From a virus (taxonomy: Duplodnaviria > Caudoviricetes), in the IMG/VR virus record IMGVR_UViG_3300023213_000432, positions 32,001 to 96,000 of that record: a stretch of DNA of 64,000 bases; one strand, given 5' to 3'. The translations under genes were made by a program, and so were the position numbers. The notes below the pieces were generated by a model that made no database searches, was not told where the DNA came from, and was given only the letters and a program-made list of their open reading frames with translations. Below are positions 47,295 to 56,859 of the stretch, one piece after another. Within the stretch, counting starts at the first letter, position 1; every line of letters starts with the position of its first letter.

Positions 47295-47573
47295 ATGAGT
47301 GAAGAACAAGTTCAAGAAAATCAAAGAGGTTCCCGTGGAGAAGTTGGCAAAGGAACCCCCTCTACCAAGATTAAAGCTCTTTGGAAGCGAGAAGGTAAAT
47401 CAAACGAGGCTTTAAAACGTTTTGCTCGCAGGATGATTAAAGAAAAGAAAAACACCGATGCTCAAATGTGGTTTGATTGTAAAGCTGGCAAGTTTGACAT
47501 GGAACGAAGCGAAAAGAATATAGCACGTATTCAGTTGGAACGTCAAGCTAGCAAGAGCACTAAAAAGAAATAG
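47295..47573 (+). CDS. basic hypothetical protein
   Basis: AGGA SD. Confidence 0.55.
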   Translation: MSEEQVQENQRGSRGEVGKGTPSTKIKALWKREGKSNEALKRFARRMIKEKKNTDAQMWFDCKAGKFDMERSEKNIARIQLERQASKSTKKK

Positions 47574-47576
47574 TTT

Positions 47577-49463
47577 ATGAAGTGTGATCATTGCGGAGCC
47601 CAAAAATCCGGTGCCCTTCCCACAGGAACTAGAATTGCTTGGTGCATTCAGTGCATCAAAGAAGAACATCTTTATTTAAGATCTTTGAATCTGGAAAGTT
47701 TTAGTTCATTCGACATTGATAATAGAATCAAAACTAATTCATGGCAAGAATTTGGGCTGCCTCAAAACATTAATAAACTTGGCGCTATCCCCAAAAAGGC
47801 ATCTATGAATCAACAATATTCTATCCCAACTCAATTTACTATTGGCTCTAAAGTTAAAGTTGGAGATGTTCCTTTAGGAACGGAAGTGGAATATAGTGGA
47901 ATTAAGGGCACTATTGTTGCAAAAGGCGGAAGCTCCTCCACTATTGCTTGGAAAATTGGAGACGCCCGCACATATAACGGAGCTTATGATATCACCAAAG
48001 CCGCTTCTGGAGCCGTTTCTGGCTCTGGAGAAAAGCTTCAAACGCTTTCCCAATATTCCTTGGGATACAATGTAGCAAATAGCGATCTAATTACTGTTAT
48101 CGCCAAACCAATAAGGATAGGTGATTTTCCTTTAGGAACTAGAGTTAAATGGAGTGGTTTGATTGGGACTATTATTGGGAATTATGCAGGCAGTTCTGTG
48201 AATGGTTCCGCTGCTATTGGCTGGAAATTAGGAGAAGAGCCCTATGTAGCTGCTCAGCAGAATTTTTTAGTTTCTAAATCTTATAACTATATTCCCAATA
48301 AAGAAAACTATGTAAATCATTATTGGGTTAACAATAATACTCAAATAGAAGTTTTGGAAAGTGAGGGCTGTATGAAAATATCGGAGTTGCAAATTGGTCA
48401 AGAGATAGAATGGAATGGAGTTAAAGGAATTATTGCAGGAAATCACACTAGTTCGGGAGAAAGATTATTTGTTAGTAAAGATCCTTTTCTTGGCACCTCG
48501 AAGCATACCAAAAGTAACGACACCAAGATAACTTATACTGATAAAGTAATTGATTACTCCTACTCCATTTGGCTTACGAGTCTTACCGAAGTGATAATGA
48601 TTGGAGAGAGGATTGGAAAGTTTGGATTGAAGTTAGGTGATAAAGTTGTTGTTTTCAGACGAAAGAACGATAACAGCCTAATGGATACCGGAGCTGAAGC
48701 GGATACCTCTCGTAGTTTAATAGGAACAGTAGCAGGGTTTAATGCCTTGGGAGAAGCCAATGTGTGGTTTGATCCCGCCCAATATGGAAATATTCAAGGC
48801 AATTCTACAGCTACTGCCAAAGCTGCGGTAGATAAGTCTTATATGGATAAAGTGGATCAAAATTATAACAACTTTTGGTTGATAAGAACGGATAAAGCAT
48901 TTATTAAAATCGAAATAAAGGAGAATAAAATGAGCAACGAAAAAAATGGTCAGAGTGAAACGAAGCCGACTTTTGTCGAAATGATGCGTACCGACATGAG
49001 CAGTGCAGCATATCGTGTAGCGGCAAATCAAATGAGCAAAGGCATTAAGGGCGCTATTTTGATGGCTCTCGAAAAGAAAGGCACTGATGGTGGCAAAGTC
49101 GCGGCTATTGCGGAAATGCTTGATACTGAAGTAGGTCAAGCAGCAATCAGCATGATGATTGGATTGGCACTAACGTATCTCCCGCATGTTAGCGCGGATC
49201 CGCGGGCTCAACGATTGGCAGGTGAATTCCGAGTGGAATCGATGACTATGGTCGGGAACACATTGCTAGATACAGTGGTGGAACATTTCCTTCCAGTGAT
49301 TACGGGAGCCCTCAATGCTCTTCCTCAAGAGACACCGGCAGTTCGTGTTTCCACTCCGCCTGTGGAGGAAACGAAATCAGTAGATAAACTGGCTTTGGAA
49401 GAAGCGGCACGGGAGGAAGCGGAGAAAGCCGCGGAGCCACAAGCCAAACAACAGCAAGCATAA
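47577..49463 (+). CDS. family A modular protein (~4 modules + conserved CTD)
   Basis: PLGTEVEY/PLGTRVKW/QIGQEIEW/KLGDKVV; CTD AAYRVAANQ..LDTEVG..LTYLP..QRLAGEFRV. Confidence 0.8.
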   Translation: MKCDHCGAQKSGALPTGTRIAWCIQCIKEEHLYLRSLNLESFSSFDIDNRIKTNSWQEFGLPQNINKLGAIPKKASMNQQYSIPTQFTIGSKVKVGDVPLGTEVEYSGIKGTIVAKGGSSSTIAWKIGDARTYNGAYDITKAASGAVSGSGEKLQTLSQYSLGYNVANSDLITVIAKPIRIGDFPLGTRVKWSGLIGTIIGNYAGSSVNGSAAIGWKLGEEPYVAAQQNFLVSKSYNYIPNKENYVNHYWVNNNTQIEVLESEGCMKISELQIGQEIEWNGVKGIIAGNHTSSGERLFVSKDPFLGTSKHTKSNDTKITYTDKVIDYSYSIWLTSLTEVIMIGERIGKFGLKLGDKVVVFRRKNDNSLMDTGAEADTSRSLIGTVAGFNALGEANVWFDPAQYGNIQGNSTATAKAAVDKSYMDKVDQNYNNFWLIRTDKAFIKIEIKENKMSNEKNGQSETKPTFVEMMRTDMSSAAYRVAANQMSKGIKGAILMALEKKGTDGGKVAAIAEMLDTEVGQAAISMMIGLALTYLPHVSADPRAQRLAGEFRVESMTMVGNTLLDTVVEHFLPVITGALNALPQETPAVRVSTPPVEETKSVDKLALEEAAREEAEKAAEPQAKQQQA

Positions 49464-49787
49464 GCGAAATAAAAAGGTTGTGAGAGCTTCCCTATAAAGC
49501 TCTTATTTAACAATTAACAATGGAGTATATTATGTTTCAATTTATTAAACGTACAGCATCGATGGTTCTGGCTAATTCAATCGTGGTCGGTTGCGATCAA
49601 TTTATCCGAACCCACGTCGAAGAAATTATTCGGGAACGCCGCCAGCGTAAGCAAAAAGAACAAGAGAACAAACGCTAAAACATTGCACCATTCGGGTTTT
49701 CGAACGATTTGAGGTGGTGTGCCTAGAACAGAAGAACTTAAGTAGTAGCCCGATCTTCTGATCTGCCTAATAACCTAGCATTTTATC

Positions 49788-50591
49788 ATGAAGAAAATCC
49801 TGTGGTTTTCAGATACTCATTTTTCTGTTTTTCATCCTTGGACGTTTTACACGTTTCTGCGAGAGGTTGAAAAAGAAAAACCCAACGGAATTTTTCTTAC
49901 AGGAGATATTGCGGATGGGGCGCCTCAATTATATTGGGTATTAGAGAGAATGGCCAAAAGCATTCCTTCTCCTATTTACTTTGTTTTAGGAAATCACTGC
50001 TGTTGGCTATCAAGCATGGCTCGGGTTCATCAAAAGGTAAGAGAGTTATGTCAAAAACATTCTAATCTTATTTGGATGCAAGACGCTGATGTCATTCATT
50101 TATCGGATGAAATTTCAATTTTAGGAGCCGACTCATGGTATTCTTGTGATCTTGGAAACACTGACTATTTGAAATGGACGGCAGATTGGTTTTTGATTGA
50201 AGATTTTCGAAAGTTGCCCTCATGGAATGATCGGATTGAAGCGTTTCGAAATTTGGCAGAACAAGCCAAAGATATAGTGGTCAGCAAGCTACAACGTGCG
50301 CTGGAGCAAGATTATAAAACTGTTTATATTCTTACTCATATCCCGCCATGGAAAGAAGCAACTAGAGATGAAGGATCTTTTTTAGAAAAATATTGGCTTC
50401 CCTATAATATCAATCTTCGAATGGGTAAAGCTATTGAGGATATAATGCGAGAACGAAAAAAGAAAAGAGTGGTTGTGTTAACAGGACACACCCATTCTCC
50501 GTTATATGTTCGAGTATCAAGAAACGTAGAATGTCAAGTTGGAGAAGGGCACTATGTTAAAGCGTCTCATTCTCAAAAGTTATTCATGTAA
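49788..50591 (+). CDS. calcineurin-like metallophosphoesterase
   Basis: SDTH, GDIADG, GNH, THIPP, GHTH. Confidence 0.9.
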   Translation: MKKILWFSDTHFSVFHPWTFYTFLREVEKEKPNGIFLTGDIADGAPQLYWVLERMAKSIPSPIYFVLGNHCCWLSSMARVHQKVRELCQKHSNLIWMQDADVIHLSDEISILGADSWYSCDLGNTDYLKWTADWFLIEDFRKLPSWNDRIEAFRNLAEQAKDIVVSKLQRALEQDYKTVYILTHIPPWKEATRDEGSFLEKYWLPYNINLRMGKAIEDIMRERKKKRVVVLTGHTHSPLYVRVSRNVECQVGEGHYVKASHSQKLFM

Positions 50592-50602
50592 AGAGGTTAA
50601 TT

Positions 50603-50881
50603 ATGTATTTTATGGGCGATAAGGTTAGTTATATTGGGTCCAAATTTAAAAATTTAAAGATGGGCACCATCATTTCTCGAGTGCAAAATCAGACCCAAAC
50701 GTTTGTTGTAGATTTTGGAGAAGATGCATATGTGATACATGAGAAACTTCTTACTAAATATGATCCTTCCAAATCTACTGAAAAAGTTGATACCGAAACT
50801 GTTCGCAAAAAGAAACCAAACCTTGACAATAAACAAGTGCGAGAATTTATTTCCGATGAAGACGGCACCTACGTTGATTAA
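50603..50881 (+). CDS. SH3-like hypothetical protein
   Basis: FMGDKVSY..GTII..VVDFG. Confidence 0.55.
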   Translation: MYFMGDKVSYIGSKFKNLKMGTIISRVQNQTQTFVVDFGEDAYVIHEKLLTKYDPSKSTEKVDTETVRKKKPNLDNKQVREFISDEDGTYVD

Positions 50882-51491
50882 AGGATTGTTCTGTCTGTTG
50901 CTATTGGGATGTGGTGGCTCTAGCTCTAACATTCTTGATGTTATCGATGCTGATATGGAAGAAGCAGTTGTTGATTTAGATAGTGCCATTCCACCAGACA
51001 CCACCCCTTTTAATAAATGTGTTTCTATTCGACAAGCTTTAACTGTCTATCCTAGATTACAGGAGCGAGATTGCGTCGCTTCTGATGGTACTATTTCCTT
51101 TAAGGATTACTGGGACATTAAACTCAAATTGGGATGTTATTGGAATATTGCAGGGGATGGGGTTGTTAGATGTCTTCCGGAAAGTGAAATGTCTTCTCCT
51201 TTCTATGCTGATAATATGTGTCAGAATCGGATTGCTTTAGCGGAAGTGAGCCAAGGAAAATTAGTAGAACCCTATATCGGATTAGATCGACTTGATGATG
51301 CTGGAACCTATTTAGACATGTATCTAGTAGGTGAGGTTTTTGGTGGAAGCACTATGTATCATTTAGAACAATGGGGTCAAGATTGGGGCTGTTATTCTTT
51401 TTGGATTAAGATACCGGGCACCGATCCCTATTACGTAGGTGCGAGTGTGGATCCATCAATATTTGTTCCTAAGATAGAAAGATCCTTGTGA
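50856..51491 (+). CDS. Cys-containing lipoprotein
   Basis: LLLLGCGG lipobox; C....DG...WD.KL..GC...DG..RCLP. Confidence 0.6.
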   Translation: MKTAPTLIKGLFCLLLLGCGGSSSNILDVIDADMEEAVVDLDSAIPPDTTPFNKCVSIRQALTVYPRLQERDCVASDGTISFKDYWDIKLKLGCYWNIAGDGVVRCLPESEMSSPFYADNMCQNRIALAEVSQGKLVEPYIGLDRLDDAGTYLDMYLVGEVFGGSTMYHLEQWGQDWGCYSFWIKIPGTDPYYVGASVDPSIFVPKIERSL

Positions 51492-51676
51492 TGTGGAAAT
51501 GGTTAACACACCATATTGCTTGGTTAGCTATTAGGTTTGGTGTTACATTAATTTGTTGTGTAGTTTTACAGAATTTAATCCGAGTTGAAACTGGACAATT
51601 TATTGGGCTAAATACCTTGTTGTGGGCGGCGGCACTGATTATTATTACTGTTAGATTTTGGACGCCTAAAGGATAA
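51488..51676 (+). CDS. small membrane protein
   Basis: Two TM helices; GTGA overlap. Confidence 0.5.
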   Translation: MMWKWLTHHIAWLAIRFGVTLICCVVLQNLIRVETGQFIGLNTLLWAAALIIITVRFWTPKG

Positions 51677-51679
51677 CAC

Positions 51680-51886
51680 ATGCTAAAGAAATATTCGCCT
51701 CGACAAATATTAGGCACGGCACTAATGGCTTCTGGGGCTAGCATTAGCATAATGTTATTAGTCATTTTGTTATTTGGATTTAAACATTATGATCTTTCAG
51801 CTCCATGGAAGATTCTAGGATGCGTGATATTTTATGGAGCATCATTTTGGCTTCTTCTTCCGGAGCAAGTGGACATTGATGAATGA
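51680..51886 (+). CDS. small membrane protein
   Basis: Two TM helices. Confidence 0.5.
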   Translation: MLKKYSPRQILGTALMASGASISIMLLVILLFGFKHYDLSAPWKILGCVIFYGASFWLLLPEQVDIDE

Positions 51887-52136
51887 GGGAGAGCTACTAA
51901 GTCAATTAGTAGAAGCGGAGAAAGAATTAAAAACAGCTCGGATGCGGATGGTTGAACACCGTAATAAATTATGGAAGGCAGAGGATGATTTGGTGTCTGC
52001 TAAACTTAAGGTGGATCGGTTACAGGATCAGATAAAATCTTTCCGCCGGAATAATGTTTTAATGGAAGATGAACAGCGGAATGAAGATATTGAACGATTT
52101 CGAAAAATATTGCCGGAGTTAATTAAAAAGGTTTGA
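51879..52136 (+). CDS. coiled-coil protein
   Basis: Heptad pattern. Confidence 0.5.
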   Translation: MNEGELLSQLVEAEKELKTARMRMVEHRNKLWKAEDDLVSAKLKVDRLQDQIKSFRRNNVLMEDEQRNEDIERFRKILPELIKKV

Positions 52137-54949
52137 AAATGCATTTTTGTTTTAATTGTGGCACTGAAATAATCGATAAAAAAGAATTGTTACGACAACC
52201 AAATCGTGTTGGTTTTTGCAAAGACTGTGCCCATGATGCTTGTAAAAGGACAGGAATTGCATTATTATCTAGTGTTATCGATACTTTATTGAAATATGAT
52301 GGCTTCTTTCAGGCCTCTAAAGAAGAAGCATTAATAGCCACCCCCAATGGACCCGCTCCTCCAAAGATGGTTAATCCTAATCCAGTTGAGATTGACCCTA
52401 CCAAAACCAAAGTTAAAGTGGAGGTAGGTCAAAAATGGAAAATTTTAGGCGATACCTATGAGATCGTTGCCCTTGATTTGATTAATGGGCGGTGTGATGC
52501 TATTCGAGACCATGATAAGCAGGAATATAAAGGTTTTGGACTAATTGACAAAGATGGCTATCCGGGTTGGACTGTAGTTGGATGGCGAGTAATTCCCGCT
52601 CCCAAAACAAAAATTGAAGTAGGACAAATATGGATGTCGCTTAACTCCAGACTTACGTATGAAATTACTAAAGTTATGCCAGGGCAAGCTAAAGCCGAAG
52701 CCCTACGTTCGGATGGTAGAAATGATCGGTTCATTGGAATTAAGTTAGATGGGTATCCTGAAGAAGGTTACTGGAATGGTTTTGTGTTGATTTCTAAAAA
52801 ACCTATTGGATCCAAAAATATGAATAACATTAAAGTAGAGGTTGGACAGAAATGGACTTATTTAAATCAGACATATGAAATTACCGACATTAATTTGATC
52901 GATGGATATTGTCATGCAATTGACGTTGATACCGGTAAAAAAGTATTGAATTGGGCGACAATTGACAAAAAGACTGGAAAGGCGAATTTTCCGTCAGTTG
53001 ATTTATGGGAAGTGGTTGCAGCTCCTAAATTCAAAGTAGAAGTGGGACAAGTTTGGGCACACATCGGTACTCCAAAAATTACTTACAAAATTACTACAGT
53101 TGATTCTAAAGGGCGCCATTGTAGTAGTGAGCACGGTGGGTTTGGTAGTTTGGATGTTGATGGATTTCCTTTATGGAACTTGGAGAATTGGAGGATGATC
53201 TCAAAGGATCCAAAACTAAGCAAAATCAAAGTAGCAGTGGGACAGATTTGGGAAACCCAATCTAGAAATGGAAATGAGGTTGTCATTACCTCAATCGATA
53301 AGAAAGGCAACGTTGGAGTCATTACACACAATGGTGGTGATTCTAAAGAATGCACGTTTGGGACTATTGATAATGAAGGATATGGCAACTGGTACGGTTG
53401 GCAATTAAAAACAGATGCTCCTCATGCTAGTCAAACCAAGATCAAGGTGGGACAAGTTTGGAAGCAACATTCTTACAACAAAGAATTTACCATCACCAGT
53501 ATCAAAGACGGTATTGTTATGGGAAAATTTGATGATGAAACTAAAAGTCTCTTTTGGAATCATCTTAATTCGGATGGATGTTTAACAGCTGATGTTCCTA
53601 ATTGGAGATTAGTTAAGGAAGTTATTGTTCCTAAACCTGCTGTAGGGCAAAAGTGGAAGTGGATTTCAGATATTGAACCATCTATTAAGGGGCACGTTTT
53701 CACTTTGAAAGAAATTGTCGACTGTGATTGTTATTTTGACAATTTGAGTCGCCGGATTGCTAGAATTAATAAAGATGGAACCATTTGGAAAGACAATTTA
53801 CTATATTGGGAATTGGTGGAATTGGAAGATCATAATACTTCTTCAGCTGTAAACGATTTATTACTTCTGGAAAAGTTAGAAGCCATTTATAATGGAGGAG
53901 ATTCTAGCCTTTTAGTTAAATATCCAGGTCTTTGGAACGAGATGTGCAGTCTTGGATATTTCAAGCACGGAGAATATCCTAACAATCGCAAGATTGAAGA
54001 ACGACTTACTGTTCATGGTTATGCTAGGATGATGGAGTTACGCAAGAAAATTAGAGGTGCTTCTGAAATCAAAGTAGGACAGATTTGGAAGTCACCTTCG
54101 GGCGTTGAATATCGTATTAGTAACATACCCACTACTGACAAGGATGGGACTTATTTAATAAGTATCGATTTGCTTTGTGACGGCTTTTGGAAAGGTGGGT
54201 ATTTGTGTAGCGCCCGTAATGGAGTGTTAAACGATAACGGGGAAAGCTGGGTATTGGTACAGGATGTTGTAGAACCCGCCCTCAAAATTTCTCCTGTTCA
54301 GCCGGGACAAGTATGGAAAGATAAAATTAATAATGAATGGCGAATTAAAAAAATTATAAATGATAAACGTGCCATAGCAGAAATCAAAGGATGTGATGAT
54401 CAGTGGAATGGTGACTACGATGTGGGTTTGGACGAAGGATATTTAATAGGTGATTGGATATTAATTACAAACTCTCAAGACATCCCCAAGAAGTTGAAAA
54501 AAAATCCCAAACGTCAATTCACTCTCCGAGAAACCATCAAGGAAGATATTGCCGATGCTGGATACCGTGTAGCCGCTAACCAACTTACCAAAGGAGCACA
54601 TGCAGCTATTTCAAAGTTGTTGGAAAGTCGAGGATATTCTTCCGAGAAAATTAAGATATTTATTGAGCTATTAGATACTGATTTTGGGAAATCATTGGTT
54701 GGAATGATTTTAGGAATGAGTTTAACATATACTCCCCAACTTAAAACCAATACTCATGCTCAGAAATTAGCCCGAGAGTTTCGGGTTGGTTCCATGAGCA
54801 CCATGGGAAATGCCATGGCGAATTATATTCTTCCGGCAATTATGGATTCCTTATCTGAGGATAATGTTAGAATTGCGCCCGAAGTGAGAGTGGAAGAGCA
54901 AGAAGAATTAGTATTGGAAGAAGAAGCGAATAAAGAGGCATATGTATGA
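52133..54949 (+). CDS. family A modular protein (9 modules + conserved CTD)
   Basis: Nine (K/E)V(E/A)GQ(K/I/V)W-type modules; CTD AGYRVAANQ..LLDTDFG..LTYTP..KLAREFRV. Confidence 0.85.
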   Translation: MKMHFCFNCGTEIIDKKELLRQPNRVGFCKDCAHDACKRTGIALLSSVIDTLLKYDGFFQASKEEALIATPNGPAPPKMVNPNPVEIDPTKTKVKVEVGQKWKILGDTYEIVALDLINGRCDAIRDHDKQEYKGFGLIDKDGYPGWTVVGWRVIPAPKTKIEVGQIWMSLNSRLTYEITKVMPGQAKAEALRSDGRNDRFIGIKLDGYPEEGYWNGFVLISKKPIGSKNMNNIKVEVGQKWTYLNQTYEITDINLIDGYCHAIDVDTGKKVLNWATIDKKTGKANFPSVDLWEVVAAPKFKVEVGQVWAHIGTPKITYKITTVDSKGRHCSSEHGGFGSLDVDGFPLWNLENWRMISKDPKLSKIKVAVGQIWETQSRNGNEVVITSIDKKGNVGVITHNGGDSKECTFGTIDNEGYGNWYGWQLKTDAPHASQTKIKVGQVWKQHSYNKEFTITSIKDGIVMGKFDDETKSLFWNHLNSDGCLTADVPNWRLVKEVIVPKPAVGQKWKWISDIEPSIKGHVFTLKEIVDCDCYFDNLSRRIARINKDGTIWKDNLLYWELVELEDHNTSSAVNDLLLLEKLEAIYNGGDSSLLVKYPGLWNEMCSLGYFKHGEYPNNRKIEERLTVHGYARMMELRKKIRGASEIKVGQIWKSPSGVEYRISNIPTTDKDGTYLISIDLLCDGFWKGGYLCSARNGVLNDNGESWVLVQDVVEPALKISPVQPGQVWKDKINNEWRIKKIINDKRAIAEIKGCDDQWNGDYDVGLDEGYLIGDWILITNSQDIPKKLKKNPKRQFTLRETIKEDIADAGYRVAANQLTKGAHAAISKLLESRGYSSEKIKIFIELLDTDFGKSLVGMILGMSLTYTPQLKTNTHAQKLAREFRVGSMSTMGNAMANYILPAIMDSLSEDNVRIAPEVRVEEQEELVLEEEANKEAYV

Positions 54950-55368
54950 TCTATGTTTTGATGCAACGCCATCCAAGTAAAAACGCTCTTAAGTTTTATA
55001 GCATGTATGCGGATCCTCATAACTTTCTCTTGCATGTTGCCGCGGATCATTTAGTCGATGATTATGCAGATAGGTTTTGTTTTGACGATCTGCATCCAGA
55101 AGATCAAGTCAAGGCAGTTAGAAAATTAGTCAAGGAAAATCTTCAATCTGAAGAAGAAGTTGTTTTAATCGTTAATTCTTTAGTTGTTATTTATGCCCTT
55201 AATAACGAACTTCTTAGGAACAACAAATTGAAAGTAAATGCTTGGGAAGTGTTACCCACAGGCAAAAGAAACTCAGCCATCAAAGATCGTTGGATTGATG
55301 AAAGTGTCTTGGGTCATGTATCGGAAAAATTATCTTTGGAATTAAACAAGTTAAGAGATGAATCATGA
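54946..55368 (+). CDS. hypothetical protein
   Basis: ATGA overlap; weak DDLHP..Q motif. Confidence 0.55.
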   Translation: MIYVLMQRHPSKNALKFYSMYADPHNFLLHVAADHLVDDYADRFCFDDLHPEDQVKAVRKLVKENLQSEEEVVLIVNSLVVIYALNNELLRNNKLKVNAWEVLPTGKRNSAIKDRWIDESVLGHVSEKLSLELNKLRDES

Positions 55369-55601
55369 AGATCAAATCCACATTGTTTCAGTTACGGCGC
55401 TTCATTGCTAAGACCATTCATATTGGTTGTGAGACGTGTCAAGATGGAAAGATTGAACTCACATTTTGGAGAGGAAAATGCCCGGTATGTGGAAGAGGTT
55501 TTCCATCGCTCCACGAAGTTAATTCTTTTACTCATCAAGAAATGAATCCTGAATTCCAAGACATTGAATGGCAACGTGTAAAAGAAGAGTTAGAAAAATG
55601 A
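55365..55601 (+). CDS. small Zn-ribbon protein
   Basis: CETC..CPVC. Confidence 0.55.
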   Translation: MKIKSTLFQLRRFIAKTIHIGCETCQDGKIELTFWRGKCPVCGRGFPSLHEVNSFTHQEMNPEFQDIEWQRVKEELEK

Positions 55602-56146
55602 TAATTAGATTTTTCAAGTACCTTTATGGAGATTTTCAAGAAAATGAAAAGTGGACAGCCATCGTATTCGGATCGACTGTTTGTTCCTTTTTGAGTTGGG
55701 CTTTGTTAGCTACATTCCACGTTATACCTGTTCCTCATTGGATAATAATATTAGATATTATTGCTGTCGGACTTTTAGTTATCGGATTTTTTGTTTCAGC
55801 TTTTGCAGGTATTAAAGATGATTGGGAAAGAAAATGGGCTCTGGCGTTTGGGACAGCGTTGTTCCCTGGATTTGTGATTACTAACGTTTTGGCTGGCATG
55901 ATTATTGGGGCGATAAAAATGGTTGGTATCATCGGCAACTTTCATAAATTTCTTGGTTCGCTTGAAGACAGGCGACGTATTCGTCAAGAAACTAAGCGAT
56001 TGGCTCAACAAAAAGAAGCGGAGAAAGTGCGAATTCCTTCCAGTGGTTCATATCGCACTTCAGCCCCGACGTGTAGAGAGTGTGGTCAAGAGGTATTTTG
56101 TTTGCCATCGGAAGCGGTTCAAGAACAGAAGTATATTGATGGTTAA
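55598..56146 (+). CDS. membrane protein with SYRT..CREC tail
   Basis: Three TM helices. Confidence 0.6.
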   Translation: MIIRFFKYLYGDFQENEKWTAIVFGSTVCSFLSWALLATFHVIPVPHWIIILDIIAVGLLVIGFFVSAFAGIKDDWERKWALAFGTALFPGFVITNVLAGMIIGAIKMVGIIGNFHKFLGSLEDRRRIRQETKRLAQQKEAEKVRIPSSGSYRTSAPTCRECGQEVFCLPSEAVQEQKYIDG

Positions 56147-56859
56147 ACCGATTCTTACCATTCAAGAAGCTATCGCCATTTCGTCATATCGGGCGCAACG
56201 TGGAATGCTGCCACGATTGATTATAGAAAATTTGATCAAGGATGGGTTTGGTGCTCATCAGATCGGGATAATTATGCGATGGTCTAAATTATCAAAAGGA
56301 ATGAACGTATGGTAAATAAGAAAAAAAAGAATGTCGATTTGCACAAACAACTGTGGGAGCATACACAAGCCATCTTAAAATTAATCGGAATCTTTTTACA
56401 AAATGGAGTGAGATTATCTAGCCTCAGGCATAGAGGAGATCCTTGTCAAAAATGTAAAAGACCAGTAGCTAATAATTTGGCTCGGGAGGAATTAATAACT
56501 GACGGAGATGGGCCTGATTTATGTTGGGGATACTGCGCATTTAAGGAAAGTGATGGAGAGTAATCAAGCAAAAGTTTTGTATGGCATATGGTGCCAACCT
56601 AAAGATGGAAGTTTAAATGGTGTATGGCAACATAGCGGAAGCTACATTTGTTTGTGGGATAGTAAAGATCTGGTTGGTTGCGAAGTAGAACGGTCAAGAT
56701 TAAACTGTCCTGGATGGATGTATGAGGCAAGAGAATACGAATACGTCCCCAAAAAACAAGATGTGTTATATAGATATAGCCACCTGCTGTATAGATACAG
56801 CAAAAGGAACAATAATCCAAGATTTTAATTATGGAGAGAAAAATATTAAGGAGTAACGC

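Noticed and set aside
49755-49780. 12-nt match (CTGATCTGCCTA) antisense to the omegaRNA scaffold
   Set aside because: A 12-mer match between a ~300-nt query and 64 kb on both strands is expected by chance; no element ends nearby
54946-55368. Degenerate ABC/AbiEii-type ATPase C-terminus (DDLHP..Q)
   Set aside because: No Walker A; motif too short to support
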